Shown in pieces: positions 14,801 to 26,160 of a DNA stretch of 64,000 nucleotides. The notes under the pieces are model-generated. The model saw nothing but the letters and a program-made list of their open reading frames with translations. It did no database searches and was not told the DNA's origin. A program made the translations under genes and the position numbers. This DNA comes from Squalus acanthias. Lineage: Eukaryota. The DNA lies in the NCBI GenBank assembly GCA_030390025.1, contig CM059436.1:68882001-68946000 (forward strand), read 5' to 3'. Position 1 is the first letter of the stretch. The number at the start of each line of letters is the position of its first letter.

Positions 14801-17800
14801 NNNNNNNNNNNNAGTCCTGGTGCTTTTCAGTTGACTTGCTCATTGAATATTCTGAACTAAAAAGGCTGCAACAGGGGGTTAGCTATGAACTTTTTAACTG
14901 GGTAAAATTTATACAAAAGTAAATTAGTGTGACAGCGAAAATATGAGAAAAATTTCTGATTAATTTCCACTTCATAATATCAATGACACCTTTGGTTCCA
15001 CTTATAGTTCTCCTACAAGGGAAGCTGATAAAGAGTGAATGAAGCTTGTGTTCTTCACAGTGAATGTTTAGTGGTTTTTTAATAGCAATGTACTATATAA
15101 AGGCACCAGGAAGTACTCTGCATTAGCAATTGAGATCAGTAGTTAATAGGATGATGTCTTTTAGCTTTTGTCACAAGATTATTAGGAAGGATAGGTTTTC
15201 TGCCTCATCATTCCATGCTTTTAAGGGCCTGTTGAACATAAGTGCTAAAATACAGGTTTCTCGGCACTGTTTTCTGTGTATAGTAAAAGCCTTTTAATGG
15301 AACACCTTTTACAGTTTTACCAGGTGATTTTGTCATTGATCTCTCATCTGCTTCTCTTGCTGTATTAATTACTTGAAGGGTTCTGCTTTTCACAAGACCC
15401 TTGATGTTATCCCTATATACAAAGTAGAAAAGCAACCCTCAAGCAGGCCTTAGCATTCCCCATTACTTGTCAGTATTTGTATAATGACATTAGACTTTAC
15501 CAGTTTTATTCAATGAACATTCTCTATACGCTTGACTATTAGGTGATCAAAAGTTAATGCTCAGCAAACTGTAATGAGATTAAAATTATTATACTACAGT
15601 AAAATGGCAAAGCTATATAATTGTTGATTTTTTGGGTAATGTTTTGATTATACCGATAAAAGGCAGTAATTTTTCGCAACTGGTAACTGAAAAAAGTATT
15701 ATAATTGTTGTAAATAAAGGAGAAATAAATAAAAATGTTGGATTTGAATGTTCTCTTGCAACTTAATGATTTAATTGCCCAACTCACCAACAGTAAAAGG
15801 GAAAACTACATATTGTAATTTGATTGGCGCAACCATTTCTTTTGTTTTGCTTTCAATTTTACTTTTATTAGTTTTCAATACAATTCACTGAAAGATAATA
15901 GACAAATATATCAAAGAGATTTCTGTTGGTACCATGGCAACAATAGTGTTGTAGTACCAAGTTGGACAGTATTACATATCGGAGAAAGACAAGTTGCGCA
16001 GCTGCATTAAAAGTACTGAGGTCAGAATAATTTTAGGTTTTGTCCAGATTATCTTTAAGAGTGTTTGAATAAATAGAAGCATGCAAAAGGGACCATCTGA
16101 TTCTGTATTCCAGTAATCATTCCTGTTCAGTCATGGGGGGGATGTTTTCCAAGGTAAGCAAAATTGTTAATATTCTTACATATACACTGAGCTTTCCTGT
16201 TGTTGACTGAAACATAATTGATAGCACAGGGTTCTCTTTCCATTTTTCTTGTGGTAAATCTCCAGGTGAAAAAGAGCGACAGAAAGAGATTTATAGCATT
16301 TGACAACATGTGAAGCGAAATTAAATTAGCACTGCCTTTTAAATCTCCCATAGCCAAGATTTATTTGTTCTAGCTGATGTTATTAGTTCAATCATGTTAT
16401 CCCTTCATATGCAAAGAAAATGGTGTTTGCTGAGGGGAATTACATACCACTGTAATATAGATACTGTAAAATAAAAATGTGGCTGGCTGTACTTATTTTT
16501 CTGTAACAACATAATTCTCTGTGATAATACACAGTTTGAAGGGCTTAAGTAAAGAGTCTTGGAAGTTGCCTGGATTTTTTTCCACACATTGGCATATCTA
16601 GCCAGGGAAAGTTAAACAAGCAAAAATGTGTTATGCTCGTTTTTTTGTTTTTTTTAAACGCCAACAGTACTAGTTTTAAACAACAAAAGCAGTGTGCTTT
16701 CATATCTAATCTTGAGATTAGGTATTGTGACAGAAGCTAAACTGCCTTTTTATGGTGCCAGAATACAACCTTTTTTCTCCCTAACAAGACTGGTCTACCA
16801 CCATAGCCCACTCAACGTAATTAAATCAATCCTTTGTACTTGCCATTTTCTCCTCTAGTGACAGTGCTAGATCTGATTATATGCTTCATGCATATTCAAA
16901 GTGTGGTGCTGACAGCTCTTTAATGAGCTCTTACTTAATCAGTAGGAACAATGTCCATCTTGTTCTTTTTTTCCCTTAGACATTAGAGGTAGAAACAATC
17001 GAGCAAAAATGAAACATAAGGCATTCATCTGCAAAATATTGTTCTTTTAAAAGTATATAAGCCTGCTAAGTTACATTCTGCTCCATAAAATTCTGATCAA
17101 CAAATTGGATTAATGCTATTGGATTAAATAGCAAATGGTTAGAGATGAAATGAGGAGCCCTTGTTTTGATCAGACATTAATAATTTTTGTAATTTGATAA
17201 ATCTGTCTAGGTCTTCAATTGGAGTTATTAATAACAGGATTAATTTATCCCTGGTGTTAGTTACTTTCTGTAAGCCTTTTATTTTGAAACAAAGACTTAA
17301 ATGAGTATATCAATTTCTAAACTGAGAAATAATTAGTTCTTTTTAAAAAGAATCTTGCATGATTGTTTTGATAAATTTCATTTTGATACATCTTTACATG
17401 GACAACTTTCCATCAATACTACATTAAAAAGAACAAAATGCATTTCAAAAAATGCCGTCTTATGGATTCAGAGCTGTTACTATTTATGCACATGTGTTAT
17501 TTTGTTAATCAAACAGGACTTTGGAACCATAAACCTGCAGATTTCGCAATGACAAGTCTTTCCTCCTCCACCACTGTTCTTTTATCTTCGATATTTCTCC
17601 TTTTGTTACTGCCCAGGGATTTGTGCCCATTGTAACCATCACATAACTGGTGTTGGTTTGACTTGCCTATATATGACTACAGTTACTGCTATGTCGATGT
17701 GACATTTTTTTTTAAACTGTGTAATCTTTTATTCATGTCAAGGAAAAACATGTACATTTTGCATCAGCTGGGATATAAAACTCATTGCTTTCAAAATGAA

Positions 17801-18994
17801 ATTGCGCTGTTGAGAAGAGTACTTTGAGACAATTATATATTAATTAGTGTCTGTTGAACTTTGTTTTAATTCTGTATCTCTGTCTTAAGTTTTAGCTGCC
17901 GGCTTCTTAGTGCATTAGTTCAACAAAGTAATGAGTTTGTACAAAATGCTGCTGATTTGGAAAATAATTTTTTCACTGTCAACTATTTGTTATAGTTGTT
18001 TTGATGGGTATACTTGGACTGAAATTTAAAACAGAAACAGAAAAAAAATAAAGTTTAATGTAATTTCTTTCTTGGAAAAAAGATTGTTTAACTTCTGGAA
18101 TTTATAGCCAGCTTTGTTTTGAAGAATGTATTTGAAGTATTTGTTATGGTCAAAATAGACTAAATGGTTAAAATAGACTAAAAGGTTGTGATGAACAAAT
18201 GTAATATTTGCAAAGTATGACCCCCCCAGCAAAACAAATTGGTAGGATTACTATTAATGTTGTATAGTTTAATCTAATTTGTTTCTTTCTGTCTGTGGCA
18301 ATCATATGCATGGTCTAATTTGTAAATTTGTGTAGTTTAAAATGAGCTGCTTTATTGACAGATATTGACATCTGCATCATTACTCCCATGGTTTACTTCA
18401 AAAGTAAATTATCTGCAGTTTTTTTTAGCTAACGGAATGTTCAGCTAATACATAGACGATATTTGGAGCAGGATGCCTCAATGAAAGTGTTCATTAGCTA
18501 ATGGGTACTGAAGTAAAATACTCTCTCAGGTGAAAACATTTATTCAGCATTTGAAAAGTAAATCAATTTAAAATTGATTATTTTCTGTTGTCTTTTTGCT
18601 GCATAGCTTTATTTTCTTAGCATAAACCATTTGGAAGTTATTGTGAAGGAGAGAGAAGTAGTTGCCTTTTCACTGCAGTGTTGCAACCAAATTGTTACAG
18701 CTCCTCTATTCAATAGTTGTGAATATAATGAGGAGATAGTCATGTAAAATAGGAAATGCAGTTATAAGTACATTTTGATTTCTGAATTCCAATGTAGCCT
18801 TCACACTTTGACCTTTTAAAAACCAACTGTAGAAAAAAAACTTGCATTGTTATAGCAGAACTCTATATTCTATTTTTAAAATAGCAAATTTAGAAATTTC
18901 TTTAGTTTGTGCCAGTGGAGATGTTCTTACTCATCACCTTAATAGTCTTACTTTCATTTTTTTAAATTTTATCTTTTCTATTTTTTTTTAATAG

Positions 18995-19420
18995 CGGTAG
19001 GGCAACTAGCTAGTGCAGTGGTTTAAAAGATTGACCTTTCACCAGTGAGATCATGAGTTTGAACCCAGCACAGAATGATTGGATGGAAATTTCTTCTCTT
19101 TGCTGGCTTTAATGGTCCTATGTTAAATGTCTTTGGGCAGTCTCTAGCGGGCAGAGGCCAATAGGACAAAACTACTCACAGTTCAACACAAATTGGCAGT
19201 CTCAAGATGTATTTACACTACAAGCCTAGATTTGGTGCAAATCATCGCACTGATGATAAACCTGTGTAGTGTAAGTGGAGAGTTACGGCCTGAACTGATT
19301 GGAAACAAAGCAAAGCGAGATCTCCCTCTTCCAGGGAGTCTCGTACTGCTTCGCTCCAGTGTTAGGTCAGGTACGGGCAAAACTGCTTTGCACCAATGCT
19401 GCATTTATAGTGTAAATGTT
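18995..19420 (+). mobile_element. Degenerate tRNA-derived SINE, LF-SINE-like
   Basis: tRNA-like head (tagtgcagtggtt...gagtttgaaccc) followed by blocks resembling the LF-SINE consensus as I recall it (cctttcacc, cctatgttaaatg, acaaaactac, aattggcagtctca). Confidence 0.45.
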
Positions 19421-20766
19421 CCCTATTCAGCCATAAAGATTGTTGGTGTGAGAAATAGAAATTGTTGGGGGTGGGGGTGGGGGGGGGTGCAGAAGCTTTG
19501 CCTTGTACTTCATCTAAACTTCGATGCTGAAACTGAGTACTTAAAATGGAAAAGTATTCCATTCTACAGGGCTGATATTCTTCAATTTGATGAGAATAAA
19601 TGGTGAAATAAAAAAGAAAAAGTAGCCTCTTTTTATTAGCAGTACAACTCGCCTGGTAGTGATGCAGCTGGTAGACCTCTATATCGATGTCGTCAGCGGC
19701 CATTTTACTTCTTGTGGGCTGGAAAAATGAGATTTTATGTAGCGGGAGTCGTAGCAAATTTGTTTAATCCTGCAGGAGTAGTAAGAAAGTGTTATCTTAT
19801 CTCAGAAATACATCTGAAGAGGTTCAAAAATTCTATTTTATACCAGACTAGCATCTACATGGATTAGCAAAACATAATTCAAAGAGCAGGAAAGGTTGTC
19901 ACTAAATCATCTGAGTTACAGAAGGATTGTAAAATTTACAGTGACATCAGTGGGAAACTTTACTGATTCTGAGATACGATTAATCATGGCTTCCAGATGT
20001 ACACCAGTATCTTGCACAGGCAAGGATTAAAATCAACAGAAAAGAGGAATCTTAATTGCTTTCTCTGTACTGATTTTGGATTTTCCCCCTGCACTGTGGT
20101 CAACTACACTGAGTCAAGATGAGCTCCTATTTGATTAGCTTCCTTTTGCCCATTATGTCTCTGCGTTTTGAAATACTTGGATAATGCTCCATGTGCGACA
20201 AACTGCACTCGTTTTGGAGAGAACACCAGTGGGGGTGGGAGAAAGAACAAAAAAAGTGAAAGCATCTAGTAAAATGTTATAGTTTGGGGATTTTTATTCA
20301 TAATTAGAAACAAAGTTCAAATACCAGCTGTAGGTCTGGGCTGGACTGCTGTATAGAACAGTTGTAGCAAAAAGTAAACCGATAGATCCAGCTGCACAGA
20401 AGTGCAGATTTCTTTAAGCCAACCAAAGTGCCATGTCAGCCATGGAAATATCCACAACCTAGAACTTCCTGCTTTGTTATCCAAAGGAACTTGGAGGAAA
20501 GTGTAGTGTGGCTGGCAACAGATGGATATAAGGGGATGACGATAAGGTGAAACGTAAGTGAATGAAAGGGATAGTAGAGGTCAGTCAACTATTCATGCCT
20601 GTAAGCTTTACAATAATGTCCTGTAAATCGATAAATGCTGCACAATTATAGCTTCTGAAGTTATTTGTTGAAATATGATTGTTGCAAGATTTCATTTACA
20701 GCTAGCTGGCTGTTGGGTGGTTCCTGATTTTAAGCCTTTATATAATTCTGTTCCTCTGTTTTTCAG

Positions 20767-20866
20767 GAAACAATAAAGAGGAGGAAGAAGCAATGATGCA
20801 AGAGTGGTTTGTGTTGGTGAATAAGAAGAATGCCTTGATACGACGACAGAACCAGCTTTCACTTTT
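20767..20866 (+). CDS. EHBP1: EHBP1 coding exon (first of the last four; bMERB domain)
   Basis: Acceptor ttcctctgtttttcag|G and donor TT|gtaagt. Translates (G)[32 protein letters not shown](L), matching the remembered vertebrate EHBP1 motif [23 protein letters not shown]. Confidence 0.95.
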
Positions 20867-23569
20867 GTAAGTGCAAAGAAAACTAAACAAATAACCAGTG
20901 TATTTTGTCAAGTTGTATAATGATCTACATGAATGTAAAGCAGCATTTATATGTCCATTTACTTTATTTACACGGAACTTTATTTCTCTTTGTTGTTAAA
21001 GGTTACTTGATTAGAATGTGTTTGTGAAATTCAGAAATAATGTTTATCAATTGACGAGCAAAGCTCAATAATGTGGCACATCTGCAACATTCATTCTTGT
21101 TACTTTTATAATTCAATTTTAAATATTTTATGATTTCTACTAATACCTAATTTCACACTGTTTGAAAAGGGTGTGAAATTGGGTATTAGTAGGATTCTTT
21201 TCTTGGTTGGTGTAAGGACGTAGGTTTGTATTTTCATGAAGATGTATAAAGAATGATTTGCATTTCTAGTGCTCCTCATGTGCAGAGAAAACATCGCCAA
21301 AGTGCTTTTCAGGATGATGGACAAAGATGGGCCACGAAGCAGGGGGAGGAAAAGGAAATAGAGGAATGGGGTGGCAAAACATAGTGGAAGAGAAGAGCCT
21401 TAAGGAGGAAGGTGATGTGGGAGCGATACCAAGGAAGAGAGTTCCGGGGGCATGCACATAATAGCTGAAGAATTGAACAGAGGGAGCCAGGAACAAGGAG
21501 TGGAGCAGAGTGAGTGTGCAGGGATTTGATTGTTGAGGTAGGATAGGGCAAAGTTACTGAGGAAAGTTTCAGCTCATCCAGGTCTTCCTGTTAGACAGGC
21601 AAGAGGTTGCAGAGAGTGGTAACGGCCTTGAGGGGATGATCAATGGTGGAGGCAGAATTGAGCCGAGGATCATCAACATACGTGTGGATGCTGATCTCAT
21701 GCTTCTTGATAATGTTGCCATGGTATAACATATAAATGATGAAGAGGAAGGGTCAAGGATGGAGTTCTGGGGTATACCAGAGGTGACCATGCAGGCATAG
21801 GCGGAGAATCCATTGGAGGTGATATCGTACCAATGATGCAACAAGTAGGAGTCAGAGAGCAATGCAACAAAGGTGGACTGTGGAAGAGAGACAATTGAGG
21901 AGGATGATTTGGGCTGAGCAAAGGCAGCAGAGGAGGATCAGGAGGGACAGTAGGTCACGTTCACACTCGCAAGCACAGGATGCCGTTTTCATGGCAACAG
22001 TGTTGTGGGCAAGGCAGGATAACAAACTGGGAATGGTGGGAGTGTAATTGCAAGACCATAATTCATTCCAGAGAGAAAGGGAGTATTGGAGATGAGCCGT
22101 GGTTGGACATAATGGAGGGGTCAAGAGTAGGTTTTTAGAGATGAAGGATGGTCATGGCAGTTTTGAAGGATGTAGCAACCATGCTGGAAGATAGCGGCAG
22201 GTTGATGATGTCGACGCGCATGGAGCTAAGGACAGCAAGCTGGGACAGATGGGGTTTGAGGAAGCACATGGTGGACTTCATGGTTGAGAGGTGGTTAGTA
22301 AGGTCTGATGGGGAGGTGGAGGATAAACTGGAGTAATGCAGGTGAGGACTTAGTTGGGAGATGGATTGGGAACAGGAAAGTAGAGGAGTCACTGAGGCAG
22401 AGGCAGCAGAATGGATGATCTTGTTTTGGGACATGAAGACATCCATGAAGTCTTTGCATTTGATGTCGAAGGTGAGGATGGAGAGTACAGTGGGGTGAGG
22501 TCGGAGGCGATTGTTAGAGATGTGCCCACAGGATGATATGTGGAACGGGAGTGACTAGCCTTTGATGTATCCATGCCACATTTGACAATGGATAGCCAGA
22601 GTGGTTACTAGCCAAGATTGCTTAAGGTTACGGGCTATGGACTGGCTGTTGTACCAATGGAGATGGTGGAGAAAGTGATCTAATGGGGATAAAGTGGGAA
22701 TAAGACATTTTTTCAGATCAGTGGAGGTGTTGGTATCATCATAAGTAGACCAGAGTTACGGTGAGATGCGAGTTGACATTTGTGAGGGAGTTGATGTGTA
22801 ATTTTTTCCCAGGGGGAGGAGAATGAGGGTGGAGGGGTTTGGCAGATGCAGAGGGATAAGTAGGAGAAGGGAGATCAGGAAAAGATTGGAGAGGATGTCA
22901 GTAACCGAGACCTAAGAGGTATCAAGACCCTGTATGATGCAAGGTCTAAGGGCAGGCCATTTGTGTGGGGGCATTGATGGGAGGGGAGACAAGGGAAGTC
23001 AGCTACGGTGTGAGAGGGTGAGCTAAGATGGAGGTTGAAATCACCAAGGATTCCCTTGGCGCAAGGACAGGGGGCAGAAAGGAGACAGGAGATTTCAGTG
23101 AGCAAGACATCTATCTGCCCTGGGGTGGGGCAGTTAGATAAGGAGGACATGAAAGAAGTGGAGGAGGCTAAAGTGTTCAACTGTGGAAAAGGAACCAGAG
23201 GAATAAGGGGAAAGATCAAAGTAGGATTTGTAGATAAGTGCTACGCTAGCAACGTGACAGTTTGCGTGGGGGACATGGTATAACGTCATGCCAAGTGGGC
23301 AGTCTTGGCGAGACAGATTTCAGTAAATCAAGATGTTGATACACTCCTCCGGGATGAGGTCATGTATGGAGAGGACCTTATTTGCAAGAAGGCAGATAAT
23401 TTGTAGGATAAAGCGTAGTTGGCTGGAGACTCATCAAGGCAATAGGGAGACTTGATTGGGGGTCAGAAAGGGCGAGTGAAGAAGCAGGAGGATGGAGAGA
23501 AGGTTTGAATTATATGGAAAATGCTGGAAATACTCAGCAGGTCAGGCAGCATCTGTGGAAAGAGAAAGA

Positions 23570-23606
23570 GAGTTAATGTTTCAGGTCGATGACCCTTCGT
23601 CAGAAC
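23570..23606 (-). ncRNA. Minimal hammerhead ribozyme motif (PLE-type), - strand copy
   Basis: GUU-CUGACGA-A-GGGUC(AUC)GACCU-GAAA-CAUU-AAC. Stem I GUU/AAC is intact; the stem III CG has changed to CA. Confidence 0.6.
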
Positions 23607-23643
23607 GTGCTGACGAAGGGTCATCGACCTGAAACGTTAACTC
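23607..23643 (+). ncRNA. Minimal hammerhead ribozyme motif (PLE-type), + strand copy
   Basis: CUGACGA-A-GGGUC(AUC)GACCU-GAAA-CGUU-AACUC: both catalytic boxes, stem II, and a palindromic ACGU stem III. Confidence 0.65.
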
Positions 23644-24499
23644 TGTTTCTCTCTCCACGGATGCTGCCTGACCTGCTGAGTATTTCCAGCATTTTCTGTT
23701 TTTATTTCAGATTTCCAGCACCCGCAGTATTTAGCCTTTGAATTATATGGAGATGGTTTGAGAGATTAACTGCAGAGAAATGTGCTGGGTGGGGAATGTG
23801 CTGAGAAAGGGGGATGAAGCAGTTTGGGTGACTGTTGCAGCAGAGAAACTGGCAGAAGCTATTGAGCATGGTGAAAAATGCCAACATTGAGGCAGATGAA
23901 GACCTAGGCAGTGAGAGATTGGAGCCAAAATTCCAATGGACCCAGCTCTGCCTTTGCAAGTGAGGTGGAGCGGAACCCATGACTGCTCAAATTGAAGGAC
24001 GCTGACCCCGTCCCAAATTGCAGGGCATGGTTATTGTGTTCAGGGCAGGCGCCGGTGCCTGTAAGGAAAGACAGAGCAGCACCTAGCTACTCTACTAGGC
24101 TACCCTTCCCAAGCTAAAAGTAAACCAGCACTGAAAGATCTTCAGTTCCAATGGGATCTATAACTTTGGCAGCATATGAAGAGTCGCTCAGTGCAGAGGC
24201 TGAGGGAGGAAAGGAGGGACAATATCTCTGAGAAACTCGAGGTGGGGCATTGGGGTGTTCGAGGAGGAGGCTTTTAGAGGTGAGGTGAGAGAGGTGGAAG
24301 AAGGCGAGGTGCTTGAAGGAGGAGAAGGAACCAGAGGAACGGGGGCAAGAGACCAAGGTGGGGTTTGGTGATGAGGGCCCACTGTGGTAGTTTGGCCAGG
24401 GCAGGTGGGGGAATGTATACCAAAACCATGAGGGGTCAGTAAGGGCAATGTGCCGACACCTGTGTAGATTATGTATGTAGCCTCCTACTGCCCACAATC

Positions 24500-24783
24500 C
24501 CCGGCCCCTAAACTTGCTGTTCCTCTGAGTCACGGCCTCTACTGCATTCCCCACTCCTTTCACCCCACCATTGGTAGCCGTACCTTCAGCAGCCTAGGTC
24601 CTACTTTCTGGAATTCCCACTCTGAACCCCAACACCTCTCCACCTCTCCCTCCTCCTTTAAGACCACCTCCTTGATCAAGCCTTTGGCCACCCTTCTAAT
24701 TTGTCCTGCTTTGGCTTGGTCCTCTGTTTACCTTTTGCCTCTGTGAAGCATGTTATATGCACCATGTAAATGCAAGTTGTTAA
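24500..24783 (+). mobile_element. Old L2-type 3' fragment
   Basis: Translates PTIGSRTFSSLGPTFWNS, homologous to TIGGRAFCCLGPKLWNS of the 27809 ORF. Tail tgtaaatgcaagttgtt. Confidence 0.75.
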
Positions 24784-25865
24784 GTCATAAACATATTCTA
24801 TCGTATCTTTACAAATTGTGACAGCTTGTAAGGTCAGTTATTGCAACTTAGCAGTCAAAAATTGCTGTCTTGACTGCTATCACTTTAACTATATTGGGGG
24901 AGTGGCATTAATTTGATGCTGTAATTAAACATGTACTTAATGTCTTTTAAGCCATCTGAACATCATTTTTATAATTATACCATTATTTTTAACAATTTAG
25001 AAACAATGTAACACATAATTTAGTTATGATTTACTATCAGTGTGGCATATTTAAAATATCACCTTCTTGTCGTAAATCACAGTACTCAGCTTCACATTTT
25101 CCTAATTTTGTTTAATTAGCTACAAGATTTAAATGAGGAGATGAGTGAAGATTAAATTTAGCTGCAAACTAACTCTATACCGTAGAGCCTCAGAACAGTA
25201 GCACTGAACAGTATGCAACTAGATCTGTATAAAATGGAATGTAGCTTTTCCAGATTATTTATACACCAGAAATATGATTTATGAAATTATTGCAATAATT
25301 ATTGATTGACAACTTTATCACAACATAACAGGGATGATTCGTGAGTCGGTAGGTGGCCCCAGCCAGGAGCAGCACACGCAGGCAGCAGTGGTGGGGAAAT
25401 CTTGGGCCCACAGCTCCTGATTTTTCATTAATTCATTTAAATAGATGGAAAGTCAAGGTCAAGGTTTGCAGGCCAGCGCTTTCTCGGCCAGCATTACTCG
25501 TGAGTGCCACTTCATGCCGGACTGCCCAACTAAGCAATCAGCCCTGCACTTACCATTATTTTCCATTACTTTTGAATGTATCTTGATCTTCTTGTAAGGG
25601 AACCTAATCTTTCTTATCTCCCTTTTAGCCCCCCTTCACTGATTTCTGGGGCTCCACACCTCCTGAGACACGCAGGACACTTACCAAATGATTTTCTTCC
25701 CTTTTCTGCCACAGCAGGGTGGAGCATCAAACCTGTGTCCCACTACGCCTCTGTTGTGCCACTGTATGCCACTATAATTCTTCATTGGACGTTAAACATT
25801 TATATTAGAATAACATGGAGTAATAGCTCTATTGTTTATTGCTGTATTATGATCATGTTCTCTAC

Positions 25866-26160
25866 GAACATAGGAATATATGAGACCAGAAAAGAGCTTT
25901 GCACCTGGCTGGTTTCAGCATCTCGGAAGTATCATATCCCACAATATTTATCATATCCCTTTACCAGTTCTTTCTTTGGGTACTTATCCAATTCTCTCTT
26001 GAATTTGATTATACACTCAGCCCCACTGCCTCCTTGGCAGTCCATGCCATTCATTCATTACCTCCTGCATAAAGCAGTTAAATCTTAACCATCTTTTCAG
26101 CATCCCTTTTCTACGTTTAAGGATATGCCCTCTTGTTGTCGAATAGTAACTATGTTAAAA
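25866..26160 (-). mobile_element. Highly decayed CR1 3' end
   Basis: Begins with gaacataggaatata (reverse-complement CR1-type tail) and follows the layout of the CR1 3' end at 43140-43515, but is very diverged. Confidence 0.4.

Larger units (their letters stand above)
3164..14812. other. Four assembly gaps: 3164-3313, 6150-6417, 9346-9493, 14665-14812
   Basis: Runs of N. Confidence 0.99.
23519..23736. mobile_element. Non-autonomous Penelope-like fold-back element with 87-bp inverted arms and 15-bp TSD
   Basis: Arms at 23517-23603 and 23610-23696 (4 mismatches) with a 6-nt spacer. Direct repeat TTTGAATTATATGGA at 23504-23518 and 23737-23751. Confidence 0.85.
21254..24450 (-). mobile_element. 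Old, degenerate L2-type LINE (interrupted by the Penelope-type insertion)
   Basis: Minus-strand L2 tail at ~21254-21310 (aagcactttgg...aaatgcaa). RT remnant VTSGIPQNSILDP (ORF 21569-21862) and APE-endonuclease remnant ILGDFNLHL (ORF 22875-23219). The 5' boundary is approximate. Confidence 0.7.

Noticed and set aside
1-20766. Preceding EHBP1 exon (ENEQKQIDTRAALVEK-type sequence)
   Set aside because: Not found by eye. It probably lies upstream of the window or in a gap, so it was neither annotated nor claimed as lost.
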